A stretch of DNA of 64,000 bases from the human T2T-CHM13v2.0 reference genome, Homo sapiens. The position numbers and the translations under genes were made by a program. The notes under the pieces were generated by a model. That model did not search any database. It was not told the DNA's origin and worked only from the letters and a program-made list of their open reading frames with translations. Positions 15,531 through 32,666 of the stretch are shown here, piece by piece. How positions within the stretch are numbered: the first letter of the stretch is position 1; each line of letters opens with the position of its first letter. Location: NCBI RefSeq assembly GCF_009914755.1, contig NC_060931.1. One strand, 5' to 3'.

Positions 15531-16109
15531 TCTGTTAGGCTGTTCTTGCACTGCTATAAAGAAATACCCGAGGCTGGGTAATTTATAAGAAAATAGGTTT
15601 AGGCTGGGTGTGGTGGTTCACGCTTGTAATCCCAGCACTTTTGGGAGGCTGAGACAGATCACCTGAGGTCAGGAGTTTGAGACCAGCCTGGCCAAAATGG
15701 CAAAACCCCATCTCTACTAAAAATACAAAAATTAGCCGGGTGTGGTGGTGTGTGCCTGTAATCCCAGCTACTCGGGAGGCTGAGGCAGGAGAATCGCTTG
15801 AACCCAGGAGGTGGAGGCATGGTACTGACATTGCTCGGCTTCTGGGGAGGCCTCAGGGAGCTTTTACTCATGGTGGAAGACGAAGCGCGAGAGAGTGAGT
15901 GGGTGGGGGGAGGTGCCACACACTTTTCAAAGATCAGATCTTGTGTGAACTCAGAGCGTGAGTTCACTTATCACCAAAGGGATGGCTCAAGCCATTCATG
16001 AGGGGTCCACCCCCATGACACAAATACCTCCCACCAGGCCCCACCTCCAACACTGAGGATTACCTTTTAACATGAGATCTGGGTGGGGACAAATATCCAA
16101 ACTATATCA
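15531..16109 (-). mobile_element. MST-family (MSTB-like) MaLR solo LTR interrupted by an Alu
   Basis: tgttaggctgttcttgcactgctataaagaaatacc...gggtaatttataagaaaataggttt [Alu] gcatgg...cacctccaacactg...atccaaactatatca. Confidence 0.85.
15602..15817 (+). mobile_element. AluS lacking its 3' end and tail, inside the MST LTR
   Basis: Alu from ggctgggtgtggtgg to aacccaggaggtggagg, then joins LTR sequence directly. Confidence 0.88.
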
Positions 16110-18569
16110 TAGTCATCCACTGGCCTTCTGATTCCTTCCTACTTCTTTGAATCTACAATGCCCTAAGATGCACCATTATTTTATCTACTAGTAAGAAACA
16201 AGAAACCAAACTACCCAATGATAACACAACATGAAATTTAAGATGGATCCCTGCTTTGGAGAAGTTAAAATGTGAAAAAAAAAAAAAAAGTGGGCATCTT
16301 AGAATCAGTGAAATATGAAGGGTTGGAAGGATATACTACTATCTGGCTGTTTTCAGAAGGGGTGCATGGGACCATGACACTGCCTCCCATCCACAGCACC
16401 AGTGAAAGGGTGCCAGTGAAAAGATTCACTTGGCATAGATGTATCATCCCCAGAATCCACATATGATGGGGGAAGGAAGAGCTGAGAAGGAGGTGAACGC
16501 ATGAACAGGGAGCAGCAAAAGACAGCAGGGACGGAAGGACTCCCTGGGGATCTGCTTTACTGTCTCTGTGGAGGGTGGACTCAGCCATGGAACACGTCCC
16601 TGGCCACCCTTCTCCACTCACATGGCGAGCCCGATGCCAACAGCGGAGGCCTCCGTGAGACAAGTGGCACTCTGGACCTCTGGGGACGTTTGCCAAATGC
16701 CTGCCTCCCTCGTGAATGAACACTACACATGTGCGCTCGCTCTCGATGGCGCAGGTCCTAAAAGCAGGAGTCGGGCTGCACAGGAAATGTTTTGCAAAGA
16801 ATGAACCAAGTCTTCTCCCTCGGAAAATAGCTTCCCTCCAGCCTCCTTCAAGGGAGTTGGAAAGGAATGCTTCCCATTTGCAAATCAATAACTTACATTG
16901 GCTGTGTAGACAATAAAGCGCAATATGTGATCCTAGAGACCCATAATGGCTCAGTGTTCTAACATAATCCTGCCCTCCAAGAAGCAGACAAGAAAACGAC
17001 ACAGGCCTCCCAGCTGTGTCTGCCCAGTGCCACACCAAAGGCTGGTGGTCTGCCTGTCGTTCTTTCTTTTTTTGGTGGAAAATCAGAAGGCTTCGGCTGA
17101 GCATGCTGCCAGGAGCCGAAGACACTCGACATTTTACCATTTCCTACTTTTCACAGCTATTTGCATAAGCGTTGTTAGGAAAATACCTATACCAGGAGGG
17201 AGATGGTTTAATGGAAAAAGCATTTCAATCATTCACTTTCAGCCAGAATTTCACACACTCGGAGGCACTTGACATTATCCTTGGAAACCAGGAGAGAAAC
17301 AGCTGCTGCATAGGCCACACCCCTAGGGATTTCAGCCTTTTGATATAAGAGGAGTGGCCTGTGCAGAAATCGGTTAGATTCTGTGAAATTCCAGCCAGGA
17401 GCAGGGGCTGAGAGACTGGGTAATAAACTGATCTCTGTCCCACCTGGATCAGCCCAGTATCCAACCCACAGGGACAATAAAAAAAGGCCTGTGGCTGGCA
17501 AACATCATCTTCCCTGATTGTTCCACTCCTTTCTAATTACTCTGCGCGTCTGGCACCCAAACAAGGGCCCAGAGCAACGTGGAAATGACCCGAACTCCTG
17601 GATCACCGGGCACCCTGCCAGCCAGGTCTCTAGGAGTCTAGGAATGTTCCATTATCAATCCACTTGCCTCATCTGAAGAGTTGGCTGGAGCACACCTCTA
17701 CTTCCTTTTCACTCACGAGAAAGACTCTAGGAACCTCAGTCACTCCCAACAGAAAAGCAAAGGAATCCATTCCTTCACGAAGCATCATCTCTGCTTAAAC
17801 CAGGCATTCCTCAGGTTAGGCAGAAATCTCTGAAGAACTCGGGACTGCCCACTCAACTTTAGGGAAGCCAGCCCCTGCGGGAAGCCACCCATGCAAGGCA
17901 ACCAATCAAACTAGCCAGCAGCATCTGACACATTCAGCTGTGGGTGTTCTAGATACAAATACAGAGGTTTTTCCTTTTACAAAGGCCAAATAGCATGCTG
18001 TTATGGGCAATGGCTCAGCTGAGAGACGTTTTTAGGAAGCTGTTGCTGCTGCATGAAAAAAAAAAAAGCTTGTGGATTTTGTGCACTTAAAATGAAAATC
18101 AAAACTTGAACATGGAAGATGGTTGCCTGATGGTTTGGCATCTCACCCTGGCCTAAACACTCCAAATCCAACCCTGGGCTTTCCATGTCTCAGCCCGATG
18201 CACTCTTTACTGCCTTCACTCCCAGTTTGCTGGGCACATGGGTGTAAATGCTGGCAGCTTCCCCGTTTGGACTGGGTTCAAGATGGTACCTGATTAGCAC
18301 ATATGAGCCTGTTTGGCCATTCAGCCTACACTGAATGGTCCATCTGGGGTGTCTGAATGGCAGCTGTTACAGTTAGAGCACAAGGTGAGATGAGATGAGT
18401 CTTCTCCCTTTTCTCCCTGCATCTCTGCTCATGATACCCAGAGGAGAGGAAGAACTTAAACACCCCACAAGGGATGACAGCCTTAGGTCCAGCCTCATAT
18501 GCAGGGCAGAGAGGACTGATGAGTATTTACTTTGTTGCACTCAGAGAGCCCATGAACACCCATGGGAAA

Positions 18570-19100
18570 ATACACCTACTGAGCACCTACTATGTGCCAG
18601 GCATGGGAAAGAGGAATATAAATGAGACATACGGTCTGTGTTAAAGGCACCCAGAGCCCACCAGAAAGGAGGACAGGTGAAATAAGAAATAATACAATAT
18701 TATTATATGCTGTAACAGAAACACCTGAAATGTGCTATGTAAACAGATGAGGACTTGGCTAATTCTGCATGGGTCTGAGGTTTAGGGTGGTGTCAGGGAA
18801 ACCTCATTTGAACTGGGCCTTCATGGATGAGTAGGAAGTTGCCAGGTGGACCAAGGCAGCAGTCAGGATCAGAGGAGTCAGAGGAGAGGGTGAGTGGTCT
18901 GTGGAGAGCACAGGGACTCTGCCGGCAGGCAGTGGCTGGGCCTGGGAGGGCCCACAAGGGCCACAGTGAGGGGCTGTATGCCAACTTCACCCAGCAGACC
19001 CCAGGGAGCCACTGGCATGAGTGTAGGAGCAGAGTGACAATCCGATCTGAGTTCTGGAAAAGTCATGCTGGAGACAGTAAAGCTGGATTGGAGAGTCACT
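18570..19100 (-). mobile_element. L2 LINE fragment
   Basis: tactgagcacctactatgtgccaggc (L2 3' end, reverse orientation) followed by degenerate L2 text. Confidence 0.6.
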
Positions 19101-20177
19101 AACCAGGCACTAACCAGGAGAAAGCCCAGTCAAGAGGTTACTATGAAGGTCCTAGAGAACGGGGGCTTGGATAGCCTGCTGCTGTGGCGAAGAGGAGGGG
19201 CCAGAGCAGAAGTGCTTCAGGGTGGAGTCCACAGGGCTGCAGGTAGCAGGAAATGATGCCTGCCTGGGGCCAAAAAGCCTGGCGCCTTGAATGTGTCTGA
19301 GTCCAGGCTGCCAACACACCAGCTCTTCTGCCACATTTTCTGAACCTTCCTGATTCTCAGATTCACCAGTGCCAGAATCTGAGCAACACCCCGGCTCCCA
19401 GCTCTGTTGTATCTTCTCCAGATCACACATACTGCCCCCCAGAGCTTACAACCCAGCTGTCAAATGCTGGGCCAGAGAGCCTCCCTGTCCAACCCCTGCA
19501 TCTCCAACGGCTCCAGGGCCAGAAGCCCCAAGAAAGAAATGGGGTATACTTCCCACTTGATTCTGTCTACAGACCGCCTTCTAAATACAAAAAAGAAGTA
19601 ACTTACCGGCGGTGAGCACACTCTTCCAGGTTTACCTGCCCCAGCTGGTGTCAGGAATTCCAGTATTCATCTGGTTTACCTTTGCCCCCAAGTTCTGGCC
19701 CCATGGAGTGATGGCAATCTCAGGGTCCTCTCAGAACCCTTATAGGGACATTTTCCTGTGTCCAGAGAAATCTGGACATAAGACAATCCTAATGTCCTTG
19801 GTGAACTCCAGGAGGAATGCATTTTGGGTAAGGCCAGGACAGATCACTTGGGCAGATGAGCTCCAGGTGTTTTTTCTATAAATCTCATTGCTAATATCTG
19901 AGACAGGAGCAACACTGAGCTTTGTGCGTGCTGCACAGTGTTTTTGTTTATAAGACAGTTTCCCGGTGTCTAATGGCATTGGATCCCACAACACCATGGG
20001 AGGTCGGGGGGTCAGGCACTCCTAGAAGGCCACATGGAGCAGAGCATGAGACCGCAGGTTCTGCAGTTGAAATGCCTGTCCTGGAGCACTGCTCAGCCTC
20101 TCACTGGCTGCCTCACCTTGGACAAGTACTCTGTTTCCTTGTGCCTCATTTTCTCCAGCTGAAAAGTGGAACTAATA

Positions 20178-20723
20178 CAGCAGTCCTTGCTTATCCACGG
20201 TTTCACTTTCCAGTTTTAGTTACATGCAGCCAATCATGGTCCAAAAATATTAAGTGGAAAATCCCAGAAGTAAACAATTCATAGGTTTTAAATTGTGCAC
20301 TGTTAAGAGCAGCTTGATGAAATCTCATGCTGTCCACTCCATCCCACCTGGGATATGAATCATCCCTTTGCCCAGCAGATCCATATTGTCTATTCCACCT
20401 GCCTATCAGTCACTTAGTAGCGTCTCAGTCATCTGATGGAAGGCTGTGGCATCTCGGTGCTTGCATTCAAGTAATCCTTACTTTCCTGAACAATGGCCCC
20501 AAAGCGCAAGAATAGTGATGCTGGCATATTGTTATAATTGTTCCATTTTGTTACTAGTTATTATTGTTAATCTCTTACTGTGCCTCATTTAAAAATTAAA
20601 CTATCACAGTATGTACGTATGCATAGGCAAAAATGGTAGACACAGGGTTTAGTACTATCTGTGGATTCAGACATCCACTGGGGGTCTTGGAACTGTATCC
20701 CTTGTAGATAAGGGGGACTACTG
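20178..20723. mobile_element. MER44-like (Tigger7-derived) MITE inserted in a MIR
   Basis: TIRs TA-cagcagtccttgcttatcc ... gataagggggactactg. Internal aaaatattaagtggaaaatcccagaagtaaacaattcata. Confidence 0.8.
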
Positions 20724-21029
20724 GACTAATGCCTAGCACATAGTGGGTACTTTATAAGCATTCTTAGAGAAAGATCTGCAATTTAGAATGACTTAAACAG
20801 GGTGCTCCAGGCTGAGGAACTTGCCTGAAGTTGCCCGGCTGGAATGTGAGATGGGGAACTAGAATTCTTTGGCTCCCAGACCGTACTCTTCATGCCACGT
20901 CAAGCCACTCTGGGAAGCACCTATTCTCTGGCCAGTCCCTCTTCCTGCCTGGGAAAGGGCCTTTACATGGCAAACAATGTATATTGTCATCTTACAGCAA
21001 TAACCATTAAAGTAGAAGGGTTTTTTTTT

Positions 21030-21810
21030 TTTTGAAAATTTTTATTGAGGTAAAATTCATATAACACAAAATTAATTATTTTAAACATTGCAAAGTGTAC
21101 AATTCAATGTGTAATCCTCAATGGTGTGTAGCTACTACCACTATCTAATATGAGAATATTTTTACCACCCCAAAGAGAAACCCCGTACTTCCCAATTCCC
21201 CTTTTTGCTCAGCCTCTGGCAACCACTAATCTATTTCCTCTCTACGGATTGCCCTATTCTGAATGTTTCATATGCATGGAATCATCCAATATATGGTCCT
21301 TTGCTTCTTTCTTTCACTTAACATAATGTTTTCAAGGTTCATCCATGTTATAGCAGGTATTGATATTTCACGCCTTTTTTTGGCTGAATAATTCTCATTG
21401 TAGGATATACTACATTCTATTTATCCATTTATCATTTGATGCACATTTGGGTATTTCTACCTTTGGGCTATTGTGAATAGTGCTGCTCTGAATACTGGTG
21501 TACAAGTTTTTGTGTGACCTTAGGTATATAACTAGAAGTGGAATTGCTGGATCATACCATAACTGTATGCCTAACCTTTTGAGGAACTGCCGAACTGCTT
21601 TCCACAGTGGCTGTGCCATTTTACATTCCCAACAGCAATGTGTAAGGGTTTCAATTTCTCCACAATCCTCGCCAACACTTGTAATTTTCCTTTCTATTTT
21701 AAAATATATATAGTATTATAGCCATCCTACTGGATGGAGAGTGGTGTCTCTTGGGGTTTTGATTTGCATTTCCCTAATGACTAATGATGTTGAGCATCTT
21801 TTCATGTACA
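21030..21810 (-). mobile_element. L1MB/MC-type 3' end fragment
   Basis: Typical reverse L1 3'UTR and ORF2 C-terminus (WYDPAIPLL remnant in ORF 21410-21619). Confidence 0.85.
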
Positions 21811-22649
21811 GTACATCTTTAGGTTCTTGATATTATGGAAGTTGAAATAAAAGATACGAAATCTTCAGCTTTTTTTCTTAAAATGAAGGCGTGAGCTTGG
21901 TGCAGGCAGAGCAAGCTGATCCACCTAGAGACTGCAGCAGGGAAACCGAATACCCAACAGACAGGGTCCTTTGGTCATTTCCTATGTTCAGCAAGCAAAT
22001 GGTGGCCCCAAGGTTAGGGTGGGATTTGGGAAGGCTGCACCAGCTCACAAAAGCTTCCACATCTAGCTGGGGCCCACCCTGGTTCTGTTTCTCTGGTTAT
22101 TAGGTCCTATCTGTCTTTAGAATGGCAGTCCAACTTTGTCCACAGGCTTGAAGGTGGGATTAGCAAGATGGTCTGAGATGCTCAGCTTGCAGACCAATTG
22201 CGGGCCTCAGAAAAGCCGGGGCATTAAGGATAAATGCCACATGACAGATCCATCTAGGAAGCTAAGTGAGCGGATGGCCCCAAATGCCAGCCAATGGCAG
22301 GTCTGGGCACTCACAGAAGCAAAACCCTCCTGTGGTACAGGGGCAGCAAAGTGGCTGAAGGCTGACTGATGTGTGAGCCCTGTGAGCCTTTGACTCACTC
22401 TGCCAAGGGCAGAGGCAGAGTACAGCTAGGCAAGCACCTTTTGGAAAACGGGCCACTGGCCACCACTGTGAGGGGTGGTTACCCTAGGCATGGGTGTTCC
22501 AGGACCCAGGTTCCCTCTTCTTTTCAATGCTGCCTTCTGGCCATTTCATTTCTCAGGGCCTTCTCAAGAGACAGGAGATAAGAAAACACCATTGCATGTT
22601 TCCACAATTCTTGTAGAAAGCTATGGCCCAGGGATGGCTGGAGCCAATG

Positions 22650-23050
22650 GATTCCTGCTCCATTACTGTGTAAAAAGCTACCCCAAAACTCTGGTTTAAA
22701 ACCACAATTTGTTATTATCTCTCACAGTTCAATGGATTGACTAAACTCAACTGGGCAGTTTTCCCTTACAATCAGATGTCAACTGAAGCTACAGCAGTAT
22801 CTGTAGATCTACTGAGCTGGATGTCCAAGATGGCCCATTCACATGGCTGGCATCTGATGCTTGGTGTCAGCGAGGGATGTTGACTGGAGGGCCTCCACCC
22901 CAAATGGCCTGCACTTCTTATAGCTTGGTAGCTGGATCCAAGAAGGTGCATCCTGACAGTGAGTTTTCAAAGAAACTCAGGCAGAAGTTGCAAGACCCTT
23001 GTGACCCAGGCTCTGTGTCACTTCTGCCATATTCTATTGGTCAAGACTGA
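22650..23050. mobile_element. MLT1-type MaLR LTR
   Basis: ctaccccaaaactc...ttattatctctcacagttc... and cacttctgccatattctattggtc. Confidence 0.6.
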
Positions 23051-23059
23051 GTCACAAGG

Positions 23060-25990
<2,931 letters not shown>

Positions 25991-26859
25991 TACATAAAGT
26001 GTGTCACAGGGTGAGCCAAGCGTCACAGAGAAGAGACTACATGGGAGGCGTGTTCCCTGAAAAGGCACCTCTGAAGACCAGTTACCATGTGCACTCCAAC
26101 TCACTTCTTGGCTTGATGGGTGAGAACATTGGGAGTTGGCCACTAGATTAAGGACTGGATGGATCTAGTTTTAACTTTTGATCCTGAAATTTGAGAGAGA
26201 AATCATATCCTGGTATCTTTTGGGCTTCTTTATCAGTAGCAAAACAGTCAGACAGGACCTCTAGCACCAAGGAGAAAGCATGCAGGCTGGAAGCCTAGAG
26301 AACAGGTCCAGCTGAGAAATAATGTACAGCAGCAAGGGCAGGTAAAATCAGGGCAGGGTTGACTCTTCTAGAGCCAACCAACAGGTCCAGATGTGGATGG
26401 TGCTAAGGAAGACCTAAACTGTAAAACTATTGTTTACCCCAAGAACAAGAGCTCAGGACAGTAGAAAGTACATGGGTGGTAGAGATGAACAGATCCAGGT
26501 TCAAATCCTGGCTCTGCCACTTATTAGCTGTGTGATCTTAAAAGAGCTTCTTAATTTTTCTCTGCCCCAGTTTACTCGGCTCTTTGCAGGGTGATAAGAC
26601 TGAAAGGCTAATATATATGAAAAGTGCCTGGCATATAATAGTTGTTCAGTAAATGGTAGTTTTTATTATTAGTACTGTCTTGTCAGCATAACTATTCATA
26701 CGAAATGGCCCCTGCCAGCATTCAGTAACACCTGTCATGTGGTTTGAGAATTATCTGGAAATTTCTATTTTCCTAGCTACTTTGGTCCTATAGGCAAGAT
26801 TGGATAGAAAATGTTTGAGCATTAAGATTTCCTAAAACTCATGTGATCCAAATATGACA

Positions 26860-27600
26860 GACATGGGTAAGTTAGCCTTAATCTATAGAGGGCTCTTAGA
26901 AAACAATGGGAAAAAAGATTAATAGGCCAATGGAAAATTAAGCAAAAACCATGAAAAAGCAACTCATATAAGAACATACACAAAGCTAACGAAATGTTCA
27001 ACCTTATTAGTAATCATAAGAATGAAAACTAAAATAAGATAACATTTGAACTTATTAAATCATCAAATATCTGACAATCTTTGGTGAGATATTGGCCAGA
27101 GTTGGGAAAACAGCCACTCTCATACACTCCTGATGGGAGTATTAATTGGAACAATATTTCTAGAGGGCAATTTAGCAATGAGTATCAAAAGCCTCAAAAA
27201 CAGCACACTCTTAGACTCAGCATTCCACTTCTAAGAATTTATGCTTTAGAAATAATCATGAATGTGTGCAAAAATTTAGCTACAAGGATATTCATTTGAT
27301 TGCAATATTATTTTTAATAATGAGAACCTGAAAACAACCAATATATCCAATGACAGGGAATTAGTTAAATAAATTTATGAAATACATTTACAATGGAATA
27401 CTTAATAACTAGGAAAGGTACTCACCATAATCAACATAATACAAAATTATCCCATTTTTGTAAGTTACAGGAAACAAACAAAAGGTCAGCACTGGTTAAT
27501 TCCAGATGACAGGGGTATAGGCTAGCTTTTTTCTTCTTTTGTTGATGTGCATCTTCTACAGTGATCACATATCACTTTTGCATGAAGAAAAAGCATCATT
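26860..27600 (+). mobile_element. Old L1ME-type 3' fragment
   Basis: cagccactctcatacactcctgatgggagt...gactcagcattccacttctaagaatttat. Confidence 0.65.
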
Positions 27601-28819
27601 AAATAAATCTACTCATGGAGGTCCAGGCCCTCCATGATTGCAGCTCCGTGCACCCAGCCTAGAGCATGCTGCTCCTCGGCCCAGTGACTATTCTTCTAGC
27701 CTCCAGTTCCCTCAGCCTGCCAGCCCAGAGTGTGTTCTCAGGGCTGGGTCACTGCTTTCTGCTCCTCTCTGGGCCCTCTCCCTGCACTGCATGGCTCTAG
27801 ACTCAGGTCTGCCACTAGCTATCACCCCAGTGGATCACTTGGTCTCCTCACCTCCATTCCTCCACCTGCAAGTCCCATGACCTAAGGCTTATCCTCCACT
27901 CCTAACCCCACGACACAGCAGTCTGAAAATAAAACTGCTCCACTGAATTTGACCATTATTGCACCATTATCACCACCCTATTATTAGTCCATCAGAGGGG
28001 ACAGGCCATCACCACTGGCCTGAGAGGAGATGGACAATCTCAACAGGGCTTGGAGGTGTGATTTCACTTCCCTGCCAAGGAGGTGGCAGAAGGCTGGTCA
28101 CCACACCAGGGCGTCACTCCTTGACAACACCACAACTGCCCAGAGTCCGTCCCTACGTAGTGATATGCAGGTGGGGAGGGCTCTGGCAAGAAGTTAGTGT
28201 AACCAGATCCCTTCTGACAGACCTGAGATGCGCAGGAATTCTTAAGGGCAAGAGGGTCAAGCCTGGTTTTCTCCCTGAATCTCCACCCAAACACCAAAAC
28301 ACCAGGGCTGGGCCCCCGCTAGAAGATGTGCTGCTCATGGGTCATGCAGGCTGTACTGAAAGACAACAAGTCACAGGAAGCTGCCTCTCTTACAGGGTGG
28401 TGCCGTCCTGTGGTTTCCCACCCTCTTGGAGGTGTAGCCATTGTTTGCTTGGTTTCATGACACCTCTTCTCCTCCTGAAAGTGCTGTATGTTGATTTTCC
28501 TTCTAAGTGAAGTGAACACAAATGATTCACCAGGGGCCCTGAGGTCACTGGGGCTCCCTGAGGATGTTCAGGCCCCTGAATGACAATGGGTGCTCTGAAG
28601 TCTGGGCCACTTCCTTCCCTCCTGCTTCCCATCTGAACTTAGAGGCAGATTAAGCCCCAGCTGCTCTCAGCTCTTTAAACAGAGTTGCCCTGATGGGCTG
28701 GCAAGTTCACACATACCTGCACCTTCTGAGGCTACCACAAGAGCTTTCTGTGACTCTTCAAATTTCATGCTTTATCTTAAAAATTAATGCAAATTTTCCT
28801 TGATACTCTATTTTTGCCC

Positions 28820-28998
28820 TACTGTATTTTATTAATTCTAAGCTGCACTCACCCCCACTTCCATTGTAACATCTTTAAAATCAGGATGTCTTAGAATCCA
28901 CAGTGGCTGTAGTTTAATTGGCAGTGCTTTTTCTCAGTGTTACATAAAATAACAATGTATTTTCTGATAAATGGCATCTTAGAGTTGATGAAATATAA
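28820..28998. mobile_element. Ancient Tigger-like MITE
   Basis: Imperfect TIRs tactgtattttattaattctaagctgca ... ggcatcttagagttgatgaaata. A related element lies at ~16140-16315. Confidence 0.5.
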
Positions 28999-31639
28999 TG
29001 ATAAAAAAATACTTTCCTGTAGAATTAGAGTTGAACTGACATTCTGAAAGATGTGCCACCACGTTTGCACACTCCTGGCTCCCTGCCTAGGGCCCTGGTT
29101 TAAGGACCATTTCCAGATGTCATTTCCTCATGCCTGTCATGCCCCATGGCATCGGGAATACAGCCTTCACCAGCACACTGTTCCCACAGGAGAGGACCAT
29201 GAGGAAGCTCATCCTGAAGGACACCCCCTAGTCCTCTGTTCCAGGGGCTACTCAATGGCAACCAAAGGAAATGTTCACTGCGCATTTCCCATGGGCCATG
29301 CATTGAGCTAAATGCTGTGTGTTCACTTCCTTCAACTTTGCCAACAACCCTATGAGCTACCTGTGATATCCCATTAAGCAGATGGGAAAAATAAGGCTGT
29401 GAGAGGTTATAGGACTTTCCTCTGTGCTGAACCCAGATCTCTCTGACTTAAGAGGCCTAGCACTGATCCCTGTGCCTCCTGAAGAACGAGCACAGAGCGA
29501 GCATGGGCTTCTGCTGCAAGACACTGTGGTGTCTCCTTCTGCACAGAAGGGGTACCCATGCTCCATATGGCCTGCCTGTTTGGAAAGTGATCCTCACTTG
29601 CCTGCAAGAGAGTCCCTCTCAGGAGCTCCCGGTTTCCCATCTCCCCAGACTCTGCAAATGCCCTCAGTGGGGGCCCTGGTGTGTAGGTTGAGCTGGAGGA
29701 CAAGATACAGACAGATCTCAGAGATAATGAAAGTCAATATCAAAAGGGGCAGAAAGCCATCTCTGCCCCCAGGATATGTCACTTCAGTTCTTATTCCTTC
29801 CTGCTGCCCCGCTTCCTTATAACTTACCTCTTCACCTAGACACTTCCAAACTCAACTTCCCACAACACCTCCCTCCCCTTGCTCTCAAATTCTGGCTCGT
29901 TTTTTATGTGTATCCCACAATGATTTACAACCCTGAAACTAACCCAGGGAAACCACTGGATTTCTCAGACCTGCCCTCTCCTCCAGGCAATAATACCAGC
30001 TACCATTTTTCTGACCATCTATAGTATGGCAGCTGGTGACTTATCCCTAATCTTCCTAGGTCTGGTCCTGTTGTCCAAATGAGCAAGCAGAGGAACAGAG
30101 AGGCAAGGTAGCTAGCCTAAAGTCACACAGCAAGCAAGCAGCAGGGCCAAGAAGTTAGCTAAGGTCTGACTGCAAAGCTACGCCTTTCCCCCTGCACCAT
30201 CGAGTTCCTCGACGATCAACTATACGCAGAGATGGGACTGAAAGGTGGCTTCTCCAGCTAGCATACATATTACCAGTCTTTCTCTGTATCTCTGTCAGTC
30301 TGTCTATCTCCCAGTAAAAATCCAAACACCAATCATGTCAATAGGGCTAGATTTGCAAGTGGCTGTCCCCAGCCCTTTACCCCAAACAGGGAGGACTCTT
30401 CCTCAGGAGATTTGCATGTATCACAAACCCTAACACCAAAATGCAACTTTTAAAGCAGCAAGCTTATTCCTCACGTGTTTCCATCCCCCTCCCATGTGGC
30501 TCACCCCCTTGTTATTTCTGGGCACAGGTGTGTCTCCCCCACAAGCTGTAAATTTCTTTAAACATTTTGTTGTTGTTGTTGTTGTTGAAAGGGCGAAGAA
30601 GTCCACAGGAAAGGAAAAGGAAAAACCACAGAACCATCCCCAGGAGAAATGTGCACACACAAAACACGCCCTCACACCTCTGCAATTCTTCATGCAACAG
30701 GAGAGCTTCACAGGGCACAAGTGAAGAATCACGATTCTGTTTCCCTCTTGCACCCTCTATTCTGTGTCTGTACACAGTAAGTGCTGAATAATTTTATGAA
30801 GGATCAATGCCACTACTTCTCTCTCCTCCTCCTTCCACCACCATCTTTGGTCAGAAAGAATGTAGCTGTTTACTTTATCACACTTTCTATGAGGCGCTTC
30901 CCTGGCTCTCAGATTTCTAAGTTCTCTGTACCATCCTCCCTCTGTGAAGTTCCATCACCTTCCTGTTCTATGTCGTCCATACCCTGTTCCCAGAGGCTTG
31001 CCCCTGCCTCTCTCTAGTCTCCCATGAATTTTGCCAGTTCTTTATTGACAGGCAGCCCTATACTACTGGCAGGGACCTTACAGTCCTCCCCTCATCTCAC
31101 AGATGGAGATCACCAGGACTTGCTCTGTAATTGCACAAGGTTGCCCTGTTTTCTGACAGAGGGAGACCCAATCCCAGGAATCTTGACCCAGTTAGTTCAG
31201 CCTTCCTAACCCTCCCTATACAACCTCTGCCCAGCAATCTGCTGCCTCCTCCCTGGAAAGCAAAAGCACTAGTGGCCTTGTGTGATCCTGGCCTCTCAGA
31301 TTTTCAGCTCTGGCAGGACTCTTCCAGACCATGAAGCAAGGACCTTTGTGCAAGCTAGAAAAAGGCACCCTCTCTGGTCAGATGCAGCACAGGGGGCGCA
31401 CAGTTTGGCAAGCAGAGTGCCAGCTTGATCTGACCCCTCGGCCAGCAATCCTGCACAGGGCCCTTCCGCACACACATTCCTGTCAGCTCTGATGGAGAGG
31501 TGCAACTCGGCTGGCTTATCTCGGAAGGACTGAAGCATCATCCCAGTCACATCAGTTCTCTCCAGGTCTCTGTTTGACCCGCTCACAGATAGAAACAGGT
31601 ATACATTTGACCCACTCACAGATGGAAACAGGTATACCC

Positions 31640-32115
31640 GCATTCACAGCAGCATTATTCACAATGCCCAAATGATTGGATAAATAAAATGTCAAATATA
31701 CATACGATGAGATATTATTTAACCTTTGAAAGGAAGGAAATTCTGGTACATGCTACAACATCGATTAACCTTGGAAACATTACGCTCAGTGAAAGAAACG
31801 AGTCGCAAAAGGACACACACTGCATGAATCCCCTTATATGAGGGGAATAGATGATTAGAATAGGTGACTTCATAGGAACAGAAAGTAGAATAGAGAACGT
31901 AGAACAGGTACCAAGGCTGAGGGGAGGCAGGAATGGGGAATTATTGTTTAATGGGTTTAGAGTTTCTGTTTGGGATGATAGAAAAGTTCTGGAAATGCAT
32001 AGTGGCAATGGTTGCACAACACTGTGAATGTCCTTAGTAACGCTGAATTATACACTCTAAACTGGTTAAAGTATTAAAATTTTAAGTTACATATATTTTT
32101 AAAAGTTTAAAAATT
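31640..32115 (+). mobile_element. L1MB-type 3'UTR fragment
   Basis: ttcacagcagcattattcacaat...catgctacaacat...tgggatgatagaaaagttctgga. Confidence 0.8.
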
Positions 32116-32122
32116 AAATGTA

Positions 32123-32666
<544 letters not shown>

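Noticed and set aside
27959-28510. 183-aa + strand ORF
   Set aside because: Non-ATG start, no recognisable domain, antisense intronic.
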